From: Acidobacteriota bacterium
GTDB lineage: Bacteria; Acidobacteriota; Thermoanaerobaculia; Multivoradales; UBA5704
DNA length: 23,383 nucleotides
Direction of reading: 5' to 3'
Assembly (NCBI GenBank): GCA_040005235.1
Contig: JBDTZG010000075.1
Coordinates: 1 to 23,383 of the forward strand
Shown here in pieces: positions 16,446-23,383 of the stretch. The position numbers and the translations under genes are program-made. Position 1 is the stretch's first letter. Each line of letters begins with the position of its first letter. The notes below the pieces were generated by a model. That model was not told the DNA's origin and searched no databases. It saw only the letters and a program-made list of their open reading frames with translations.

Positions 16446-17323
16446 CCCTCCTGGCCCGGCGACTCCGGCGACTCCGAATCGCCCGGCAGGTTGTCGAAGA
16501 ACAAGCGGCGCGATTTCTCTTCCATCGCCATCACGTCGAACAGGAGGAGGAAGTCGATCGTGCCGAACGCCCGGTCGATCACCGGACCGCCCGCGATCTT
16601 GCCGCCATAGCGCAGGTACATGTCGAACAGGGCGGGCAGAACCAGCGGCGAATCGGCCGGCGCGAGCTCGGAGTCGCCCGCGCTCTCGGGCAGCACGCAC
16701 TCGAAGCCCGGCCGGGCGAGAATCGAGAGCGTCGGATGGAGGTGGTCGCCAGCCGCGAGGGTCGCCTGCGCCCGCCATCCGTCCCTCGGGTCCTGGCTGG
16801 TCACCGAGCAGCAGCCGAACAGGAACCGTTTGCGATTCTGCGTGACGTAGAGGGCGAGACCGCGCCAAAGGAGGAACAACACCGGCCGCTTCCGGTGCTC
16901 GCGGGCGATCGCGGCGCGGCCGAGCTCGATGCCTTGAGCGATCACCTCGGCCGGCAGGCCGTCCAACGCAAACTCTCCATCGGTATAAAAGCCTGCGCCC
17001 ACGGCCGCCATCTCCGCGGTCTGGAGGCGATAGGTACCCACCAGCTCGCCGGTCGGCGCGTGCTCGACCAGTAGGTGATGGCAGACGCGATCGAATTCGT
17101 CTTCGTCCCGCCCCGTCGCGTAGGAGGTCGCGAGCCCCTCGTCCAGCTCCAGGTTGAAGATCTCGAACCGAAGTCGGAGCAGCCGGTCTAGCTCTTCAGG
17201 GGTCTGGGCGAAGCGCAGGCGATACGAGCCGGCAGTCAGCACCGCCGTGGGAATTAGCTCGGGCGCCGGGGGGAACGGCCTAAGCGCCGTGTGCTCTTGG
17301 TTTCCCGGGTGTTCCGGGCTCAC
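16442..17323 (-). CDS. GNAT N-acyltransferase, OlsB (ornithine N-acyltransferase)-like
   Basis: LRFEIFNLEL, DEDEFDRVCHHLLV, VGTYRL, ELGRAAI, FLFGCCSV and YLRYGGKIAGGPVIDRAFGTIDF. The start is uncertain (GTG at 17323 chosen). Confidence 0.85.
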   Translation of the reverse strand: MSPEHPGNQEHTALRPFPPAPELIPTAVLTAGSYRLRFAQTPEELDRLLRLRFEIFNLELDEGLATSYATGRDEDEFDRVCHHLLVEHAPTGELVGTYRLQTAEMAAVGAGFYTDGEFALDGLPAEVIAQGIELGRAAIAREHRKRPVLFLLWRGLALYVTQNRKRFLFGCCSVTSQDPRDGWRAQATLAAGDHLHPTLSILARPGFECVLPESAGDSELAPADSPLVLPALFDMYLRYGGKIAGGPVIDRAFGTIDFLLLFDVMAMEEKSRRLFFDNLPGDSESPESPGQEG

Positions 17324-19136
17324 TCCCGGGCTCCGGTCGGACGACGTCGTCGGATTCGACTTCGAGGACGAGCTGATCATCGAACCTCACCACCTCTCCG
17401 CGAAGCCGCACCGGCTCCGCAACTCGATCGAGGATGTTAGGCCCGATCGCCCGGCCGCCCGGGCCGGTCAGCCAGAAGTTCTTCCCTTCGGGCGCCTTCT
17501 CGAGCAGCAGCGGCGGCAGCCCTCCCGCCAGGCAGCGAACCGCGCAATCTCGATGGACTTTGCCCTCGCCGGGATTCATCACCCCGAGCCAACACTTCGC
17601 GTCGGCGATCACGCCGTCAATCGTAGCGGTGCCTAGCCTGACCCCGGCAGGAAGAGGCGGCGCGCTCCCCGGCCAGGCTTCGATCGATTCCGGTTCGACC
17701 TCGATCATCCCCCGTCCGCCGCGCCGAATCAACGTCCCGCGCAATCGAACCGTCCGGCCCTCCCAAGGAGCGGCCAGGTGAGCCGCCCCGTGTTTGCCGG
17801 GAGCGGCGAGAGCGTACCCCGCGTTTGCGACCTGCCGGTGACGATCCGGCGGCGAAACCCAAAGGATCGGAATCGGAGCGGCCTGGAGGCGCCCGGTGAA
17901 GGTACGCGGATGCCCGTATTCGAAGATGGCCGGGGCGAACGGTTTCTGCGCCGCGGCGACCAGCAAGCCGACACCGAGAGCTAAAAACAACCCCGCCGCC
18001 ACCACCGCTCGGGTCCGCCGGCCGAGCCTCGGCGGGAGCGGTTCCTGCCAACCGATGAAGAATTCCGGAGCTTCCCCTTCCGGCGCCGGGGCTTCCCGGG
18101 GTTCGAGGAGCGCCGGTTCGACCCGCGTGCCGGGGGGTAGAGCCCGGGTGTGAACGAGCACCCGACCGGCGCGTACGGCCACCCGGTAGGTCTCTACCTT
18201 CTCTTCAAACGGCGGCGGCGAGCTGCCGGAATCGGGCAGGTACTGATAGCCGTGCCACGGGCAGGTGATGCAGCCGTCGACGATCTTTCCTTCTCCCAGC
18301 GGGCCGTTCTGGTGGCGACAGACGTTCGACAGAGCCGAGACCTTGCCGTCGTAGCGAAAGACCGCGACCCGTTCCGCTCCGAGCACCACCACCTTTGCCC
18401 GTTTTTCGGGGATCTCGGCGACCGCGCAGACATCGATGAAGCCATCGAGCGACCCGGCGGCGGACAACGGCCGGTCGCGCCGCCGGTCGCGCACGGCGGC
18501 GGCAAGATGCAGGCCGAGGATCATCGCGAATCCCAATCCCACAAGGCCGGCGAGCCAGGGGCTGCGCTCGTCCTGAAGCGCGCCCAGGGCCACGTGCATC
18601 ACCAGCAGGGCATAGGCGAAATAGACGCCCATGTGGAGAGTCTTCCAAACCCGCGGCGACAGGTTCGTCAACCAGAAGTCGTGGCTCGTCGCCGCCATCA
18701 GAAAGAGAATGACGAGCGCCGCCGCCCCCAGCTGCTGGAACGGAAAATCCGCCAGGCTGTTCCACCGCGAGTTGCTCGCCAGCAGACTGACGAACGGATT
18801 CGCGTCTCCCCCGGCGTGAAACTGGATCAGCGCAAACGTGCCGTGCGCCGCCCCTAAGCAGAACATCAGGACACCCAGGTGGCGTCGGTTGTAGAGCAGC
18901 GGCAAAAAGCGCGAATCGAGCCGGCAGAGCGGACCGATCGCAAGCGCGACATGCAGCAGAAGGAACGCAGCAGTGCCCAAGGCCCGGATCGCGAGCGTCT
19001 CTGCCGTCGCCTGGGGGAACAGGAGCGCCCCGAGGCCGAGGAACGCGATTAGATACAGGCCGACCCCTGCGGCGAGTACCGCGTCGTAGGCTTTTTTTCT
19101 GCCGCTCCAGCCGACCACAACGTAGCCGGTGCTCAC
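17280..19136 (-). CDS. Fusion: ferric-reductase-like (MsrQ/YedZ-type) TM domain, Rieske [2Fe-2S] domain, and a membrane-anchored Cys/His-motif domain
   Basis: NRRHLG, AATSHD and WKTLHMGVY...MH (candidate heme His). CRHQNGPL and CPWHGYQY (Rieske). After a further TM helix: DAKCWLGVM...HRDCAVRCLAGGLPP. Confidence 0.85.
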   Translation of the reverse strand: MSTGYVVVGWSGRKKAYDAVLAAGVGLYLIAFLGLGALLFPQATAETLAIRALGTAAFLLLHVALAIGPLCRLDSRFLPLLYNRRHLGVLMFCLGAAHGTFALIQFHAGGDANPFVSLLASNSRWNSLADFPFQQLGAAALVILFLMAATSHDFWLTNLSPRVWKTLHMGVYFAYALLVMHVALGALQDERSPWLAGLVGLGFAMILGLHLAAAVRDRRRDRPLSAAGSLDGFIDVCAVAEIPEKRAKVVVLGAERVAVFRYDGKVSALSNVCRHQNGPLGEGKIVDGCITCPWHGYQYLPDSGSSPPPFEEKVETYRVAVRAGRVLVHTRALPPGTRVEPALLEPREAPAPEGEAPEFFIGWQEPLPPRLGRRTRAVVAAGLFLALGVGLLVAAAQKPFAPAIFEYGHPRTFTGRLQAAPIPILWVSPPDRHRQVANAGYALAAPGKHGAAHLAAPWEGRTVRLRGTLIRRGGRGMIEVEPESIEAWPGSAPPLPAGVRLGTATIDGVIADAKCWLGVMNPGEGKVHRDCAVRCLAGGLPPLLLEKAPEGKNFWLTGPGGRAIGPNILDRVAEPVRLRGEVVRFDDQLVLEVESDDVVRPEPGSEPGTPGKPRAHGA

Positions 19137-19237
19137 GGCATTCTCCGCGCGAGAAGGGCCAGGGCGTAGAGCAGCGGCAACAGGATCGCGAGCACGAGGA
19201 AGATCCGCCGATGGGCGACTCGCAGCGGCCTAATCAT
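19133..19237 (-). CDS. 34-aa single-TM protein (below the ORF-track cutoff)
   Basis: MIRPLRVAHRRIFLVLAILLPLLYALALLARRMP*. It exactly fills the gap, with ATGA and GTGA overlaps on the two sides. Confidence 0.75.
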   Translation of the reverse strand: MIRPLRVAHRRIFLVLAILLPLLYALALLARRMP

Positions 19238-19467
19238 GCGCCGGCCTCCTCGGACCCGCGCGCCGCGCTCCACCACCGCCGGGCGAGCAGCGGCCAGAGC
19301 GCCACCACCCCCGGCGCGATCAGGCAGCGAAATCCCCAGCGCGTGCCGTGGGCCGCCGGATCGATCCGCTCGATGCCACGCAAGAGAAACGCCAGAGCGA
19401 AGACGACGCCCGCCGCGAGATACGACGCGGCGAGCGCCACAATCCAGGCAGCGACCCGGTCCCCCAA
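19234..19467 (-). CDS. Small membrane protein (77 aa)
   Basis: TTG start with GGAGG RBS. Reads YLAAGVVFALAFLLRGIERIDPAAHGTRWGFRCLIAPGVVALWPLLARRW. Confidence 0.8.
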   Translation of the reverse strand: MGDRVAAWIVALAASYLAAGVVFALAFLLRGIERIDPAAHGTRWGFRCLIAPGVVALWPLLARRWWSAARGSEEAGA

Positions 19468-19470
19468 CGC

Positions 19471-20496
19471 CTAACCTCCGAAGAAGAACTGGAACGGAAT
19501 GTGGGCGCGCATCGACCAGGACTGCTCGTTGTGCTGGGCGCGCGGGAAGGCGAGATAGAACAGGTTCTCGCCGTCGCGGTAGCCGGCGTCGCGCAAGGCG
19601 TTCCGCATCGCCCGGGTCGGCTCGTAGTTATCCTTCGGCCAACCGCTGTCGAGGTAAATCTTCACGTCGCGTTTCATTTCGCTCTCGACCCGCTCGTGCA
19701 AATCATCCTCGTACCCGAACGTGCTCGACAGACAGGCGGCATTGCCAAATACCTCGGGCCACTGCCAGGCGAGGAAGAAGGAGACGACCCCGCCGAGCGA
19801 CGAGCCCATCACCACCGTGCACTTCGGCTCGGGCTGGGTGCGATAGGTCACGTCCACCCAGGGTTTCACCTCTTCCACCAGGTAGCGCCCGTAGTCTTCG
19901 TAGCCCGGCTGAGTGTAGTCCACCATCCGATCGAGCGGGTAGATGCCGACGACGATCGCTTTCTGCACCAGATTCATCTGATCGAGCACGCGCAGCGTCT
20001 CCTCGACCATCCAATGCTGGCCGCCGAACGCCTCCTGGGCGAAGAATAGGTTCTGGCCGTCCTGCATGTAGAGCACGGGATAGTGGGCGAGAGTGTTTTC
20101 GGCGTAGCCCGGCGGCAGGAATACCCGCAGCGGATGGTTGCGCTCGTGCGCGCCGGAGGGGGTGTGCTGAATCGAGCAGACGCTGCACGTCGTATCGGCG
20201 AAGAAGTGCGGATAGACGTCGCGCTCGGCCGGATCGTCCTCGATCGCGAGGTAGTTTTCGCCCTGCGACCAGACCGTTTCCTCACCGCGCCGGAGCACCG
20301 GCTTCCAATAGCGGAACGTCGATTCGAGCGCGAGCGGAAAATCCAACCGGGTACCGTCCTCCGATACCGAGGCCGGGGCCACGTCGGCATCCCAATCGAG
20401 ATCGGTGCGCAAAACCAGACGGTAAGGCTCGCCCGGTTCGCGCTCGGCGAGGTCCGGCAGCGGATAATGAATGCGAATCGTAATGGCGTGGGCCAT
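19471..20496 (-). CDS. Alpha/beta-hydrolase-fold putative esterase
   Basis: AGGAGA RBS. Motifs VFLPPGY, YPVLYMQDGQNLF, GSSLGG nucleophile elbow, YLDSG and HNEQSW. Confidence 0.92.
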   Translation of the reverse strand: MAHAITIRIHYPLPDLAEREPGEPYRLVLRTDLDWDADVAPASVSEDGTRLDFPLALESTFRYWKPVLRRGEETVWSQGENYLAIEDDPAERDVYPHFFADTTCSVCSIQHTPSGAHERNHPLRVFLPPGYAENTLAHYPVLYMQDGQNLFFAQEAFGGQHWMVEETLRVLDQMNLVQKAIVVGIYPLDRMVDYTQPGYEDYGRYLVEEVKPWVDVTYRTQPEPKCTVVMGSSLGGVVSFFLAWQWPEVFGNAACLSSTFGYEDDLHERVESEMKRDVKIYLDSGWPKDNYEPTRAMRNALRDAGYRDGENLFYLAFPRAQHNEQSWSMRAHIPFQFFFGG

Positions 20497-20613
20497 GAAG
20501 GTTCTCCTAAGGGATGGGTACTCGACGAGAGATTATGCCGGCCGGGGCATTCCGGTTACCGGAAGCGATGGGAACCCGCGAACGATCGACCCTAGCCAAG
20601 CTATGATCGCATC

Positions 20614-21357
20614 GTGGCCCGGTCCCCCTTCCGCATCTTCCTCCAATCCTTGATCCGCCCCGCCCTCGACGCCTTCCGCGGGCTCGATCGTTTGCTGGAC
20701 GGCGGCATGGCCGCGCTCGTCAGGATCTTTCTCGGTCTGACCTTGGGTTGGTTCCTCTACGTGCCGATCCACGAATTGCTCCACGCGGGAGCCTGCCAGC
20801 TGGCCGGCGGACACGTCGACCGATTGGAGATCGACGGCATGTACGGCGGCGCGCTGCTCGCGAAGGTTTTTCCTTTCGTCGTCTCGGGCAGCGAGTACGC
20901 CGGCCGCCTCTCGGGGTTCGACACCGGCGGCAGCGATCTCGTCTACCTCGCCACCGATTTCGGGCCGTTTCTGCTCACGTTGTTTCCCGGTGTCTGGCTG
21001 ATGCGCGACGCGGTCGAAAAGCGGCGCGCGTTTCTCTTCGGCCTCAGTCTGCCGCTCGCGCTGGCACCCTTTCTTTCGCTTACCGGCGACGCCTACGAAA
21101 TCGGCTCGATCCTGACCACTCGCCTGGGTCCGTGGAGCGACGCCGCAACCAGCGTGCTGCTGCGCGGTGACGATGCGATCAAAAAATTCGAGGAGTTGCG
21201 TACCGCCGGGCCGAACGCTCCCTGGGCGGGATATGCCACTGGGATCGCGCTCGGTTTCGGTTGGGCGGAAACGACGTTTGCGCTCGGCGCTTTGATTGCC
21301 CGGAAACTCGGTCATCGCTCGATCGCGCCGCGTTCCGCAAGCTCGAAGAAAAACTAA
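20614..21357 (+). CDS. Membrane protein with HExxH motif (possible M50-like metalloprotease)
   Basis: YVPIHELLHAGAC after a TM segment, followed by further TM helices and GDAYEIG. GTG start 6 nt after TATGAT. Confidence 0.7.
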   Translation: MARSPFRIFLQSLIRPALDAFRGLDRLLDGGMAALVRIFLGLTLGWFLYVPIHELLHAGACQLAGGHVDRLEIDGMYGGALLAKVFPFVVSGSEYAGRLSGFDTGGSDLVYLATDFGPFLLTLFPGVWLMRDAVEKRRAFLFGLSLPLALAPFLSLTGDAYEIGSILTTRLGPWSDAATSVLLRGDDAIKKFEELRTAGPNAPWAGYATGIALGFGWAETTFALGALIARKLGHRSIAPRSASSKKN

Positions 21358-21389
21358 AAAGCCCTGTACTACCGGGCGAATTTTCCGGG

Positions 21390-21418
21390 TTGACAAGTGT
21401 TGAGCAGGGGCGTAGCGT
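21390..21418 (+). promoter_or_regulatory. Sigma70-type promoter
   Basis: TTGACA (21390-21395), 17-bp spacer, TAGCGT (21413-21418). Confidence 0.7.
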
Positions 21419-21424
21419 GAGGTT

Positions 21425-21660
21425 GTAACGAACGTCCACGGAGGGCTCGATGACCACTCCACCGGATAGGAAAAAGCCCCTGCGATCGAGGTAATTCGGG
21501 TTCTCGATCCTGGGGGCGTGCCGCTCGGCTGCGGCGCGTGCTGACGCGACGGCTCAATCGAATTCTCGATCCGAGCAGACATCGCAAAGCGAGCGATAGC
21601 CAACACGCCCGGCGCGAACAACGGGGAGGCGAACCGAATCGCCTTCCCGTTTTGCGTTTT
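21425..21660 (+). ncRNA. Candidate stand-alone structured RNA (family not recognised), with a possible 14-aa ORF at 21450-21494
   Basis: Lies between the promoter and an intrinsic terminator. It has nested complementary stems and no long plausible CDS, and the next gene is convergent. Confidence 0.5.
21620..21660 (+). terminator. Intrinsic terminator
   Basis: aacggggaggcga-accgaa-tcgccttcccgtt followed by ttgcgtttt. Confidence 0.8.
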
Positions 21661-21671
21661 GGCCCGTTCGC

Positions 21672-22718
21672 CTACCGCTTCTTCGGCTCGTCGGTCGCCA
21701 ACTTCTCCCAATCCCCTTCCGGCGCGTCGAGGGCGATCGCGAGGCCGCCGTCCGAGCCGACGTAGATGGGATCGCGCACCACCCGGACTTTGCCGCCCCC
21801 GACCGCCTGCAGCTCGCGTTCGAGGCGCGGTCCCAAGCCCCGGATCAAACCGGTTCCGCCGGACAGCACGACGTTCTGGCGCACCCGCTCCTGATATTCC
21901 GGATCGACCCGCGAAAGCAGATCGAACATCGACTCGACGAGCGACGGCAGGATCCCCTCGCACGCCTGGCGCATCTCGGCCGTGATTTCGATCCGGGTCG
22001 GCTTACCGGCGACCGGCGCGGTGACCAGGATCGGCGAGGCCGGCTCGCCCACGAAGCTCCCCTCTTCCTTCCAGCCGCGCACCATGTGAAGCGACACGCT
22101 CGCCTGCGGATGGCGCTCGCGGATCAAGCGGAAAAGATGTTCGTCGATCGAGTCGCCCGCCTGGGTGAGGGTCCGCTGGTCGTCCTCGGTCGGCAGACGC
22201 CCCTTCATCACGCAGATGTCGGTGGTACCGGCGCCGATGTCGATGATCATCGTGTGCAGCAGCTCTTCCAGGCCATAGGCGACGGCAAACGGCTCGGAGA
22301 CGATCAGCAGGCTGTCGGCGATCCCCTGCATCGCCTTCCTCACTTGCTGCTTGTTCACCCGCAACGCCTCGGCGGGCACGCCGACTACGGCGCGGACGTG
22401 AAAGAGCGAACGCTCCGCCGGATCGACCCCGGCGAGCTGCACGAGATGCCGGAGCAGCTCGCGCACGGCCGCCTCGTCCTTTTCCGAGCCGTCCTTGATC
22501 AGGCCCTCTTCGAGCGGCCGGTGCAGGTCGAGCATGGTCCGCTGTTCGAGCGCCTCGCGCCCGATCAGCACGCTCTTCTTGAGCACCTTCCTCGCGACCA
22601 TGTCGAGCGGCCAGCCGACGTAGCTCTCGACCACGTGGCGCTGGCCGTTGGAGGCCGAGATCGAGCTCCTGGAGGTACCGAGATCGATCCCGACATGGAG
22701 GGCTTGGCGTTCGCTCAT
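21672..22718 (-). CDS. MamK-like actin-family ATPase
   Basis: GIDLGTS, VGWPLDMVARKVL, AVVGVPA, VSEPFAVAYGL, IIDIGAGTTDICVMKG.LPTEDDQ.TLTQAG, KEEGSFVG, AGKP, PEYQ..VRQNVVLSGG. By eye this pattern follows MamK much more closely than canonical MreB. Confidence 0.85.
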   Translation of the reverse strand: MSERQALHVGIDLGTSRSSISASNGQRHVVESYVGWPLDMVARKVLKKSVLIGREALEQRTMLDLHRPLEEGLIKDGSEKDEAAVRELLRHLVQLAGVDPAERSLFHVRAVVGVPAEALRVNKQQVRKAMQGIADSLLIVSEPFAVAYGLEELLHTMIIDIGAGTTDICVMKGRLPTEDDQRTLTQAGDSIDEHLFRLIRERHPQASVSLHMVRGWKEEGSFVGEPASPILVTAPVAGKPTRIEITAEMRQACEGILPSLVESMFDLLSRVDPEYQERVRQNVVLSGGTGLIRGLGPRLERELQAVGGGKVRVVRDPIYVGSDGGLAIALDAPEGDWEKLATDEPKKR

Positions 22719-22725
22719 GAGGACT

Positions 22726-23383
22726 TCAGATTCCTTTCTCCGGCGCGCTCTCGACGGCGAGGGCGTAACGGCGCACGCCGCGCGCGAGCGCCTCGGCGAT
22801 GTATTGGCGGTAGAGGGGCTTGGTCAGCAGCTCGGCCTCCGTCGCGTTCGACAAAGAAGAGACCTCGGCGAGCACCGCCGGCATCTCGGTCGAGACCAGG
22901 ACCAGGAACGGCGCGGTTTTAACACCGCGATCGGCGACCGCGGCGCCGCTCGTCGACGCCTCGCGGGCGGGCAGCTTGGAAAGCGAGCGGAACAGGGAGC
23001 CGTCGATCGATTCGGCGAGCCGGCGCGAGCTGCCCTGCCGCGCATCGGCGTAGACCTGGTCGAGCAACCGGCGAAAATCGGCCACCGCGTAGCCGGAATC
23101 GCGATTTTCGAGCGCGGCCAGACGATCCAGCTCCGGATCGTCGGTCGGTCCCAGGCAGTAGGTCTCGACCCCGCGCGTATTGCCGCTCGAGATCCAGTTG
23201 AGGTGGATCGACACGAACAGATCGGCGCGCGCCTCGTTGGCGATTCGCGCCCGGTCGCGCAGCGAGACCGCTTGGTCGTCGTTGCGGGTCATCACGACTT
23301 CGAAGGCCGACGCTTCGAGCAGGCGCTGGACGCGCCGCGCGATGTCGAGCGTGACGTCCTTCTCATACAGGCCCGAAGCGGCC
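22726..23383 (-). CDS. N-acetylmuramoyl-L-alanine amidase (Amidase_3, AmiC-like), 3' part
   Basis: GLYEKDVTLDIARR, VMTRNDD, LRDRARIAN, DLFVSIHLN, RGVETY, LAALEN, APFLVL and MPAVLAEV. The 5' end lies outside the window. Confidence 0.93.
   Translation of the reverse strand, partial: AASGLYEKDVTLDIARRVQRLLEASAFEVVMTRNDDQAVSLRDRARIANEARADLFVSIHLNWISSGNTRGVETYCLGPTDDPELDRLAALENRDSGYAVADFRRLLDQVYADARQGSSRRLAESIDGSLFRSLSKLPAREASTSGAAVADRGVKTAPFLVLVSTEMPAVLAEVSSLSNATEAELLTKPLYRQYIAEALARGVRRYALAVESAPEKGI

Noticed and set aside
21514-21610. tRNA, 6S RNA, SRP RNA or c-di-GMP-I riboswitch
   Set aside because: It lacks the T-arm TTCGA in a tRNA geometry, end-to-end 6S-type pairing and the SRP GGAAG/AGCAG loop. 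The CGCAAAGC match lacks the rest of the GEMM motif.
21672-22718. Evidence that the organism is magnetotactic
   Set aside because: A single MamK-like gene is insufficient, and no other mam genes are seen in the window.
590-23053. Many long alternative-frame or antisense ORFs in the track (e.g. 590-1348, 2457-3572, 8588-10294, 19236-20483, 20533-21963)
   Set aside because: These are Arg/Pro/Ala-rich shadow ORFs typical of high-GC DNA, overlapping well-supported genes.

Overview
GC-rich bacterial chromosomal window. Gene style suggests Acidobacteriota, possibly Thermoanaerobaculia, but this is an inference and not verified. (1) 1-4090 is a minus-strand run: GT4, a membrane protein, GT2, an M50 site-2 protease and trpS. 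(2) ~4170-7480 is an accessory island bracketed by two phased repeat arrays (21-bp and 20-bp period). It holds one intact secreted Cys-rich protein and a patchwork of abutting gene fragments, including PIN/VapC, truncated YefM and frameshifted YoeB. (3) A 2OG-Fe(II) oxygenase with a GT-C-like membrane protein, a UbiB/ABC1 kinase and a glycine-zipper protein with a sigma54-type promoter. (4) Two convergent operons meet at a perfect 30-bp REP-like palindrome. One is DinB, NRDE and a DedA/ATP-grasp fusion. The other is an esterase, two small membrane proteins, a ferric-reductase/Rieske fusion, an OlsB-like GNAT and a PlsC/OlsA-like acyltransferase. Together they are a candidate uncharacterised amino-lipid pathway. 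(5) A stand-alone promoter-to-terminator unit with a structured RNA and a 14-codon ORF. (6) A MamK-like actin directly downstream of a cell-wall amidase, with no magnetosome genes in view. All family calls come from motif recognition by eye; no database search was run.
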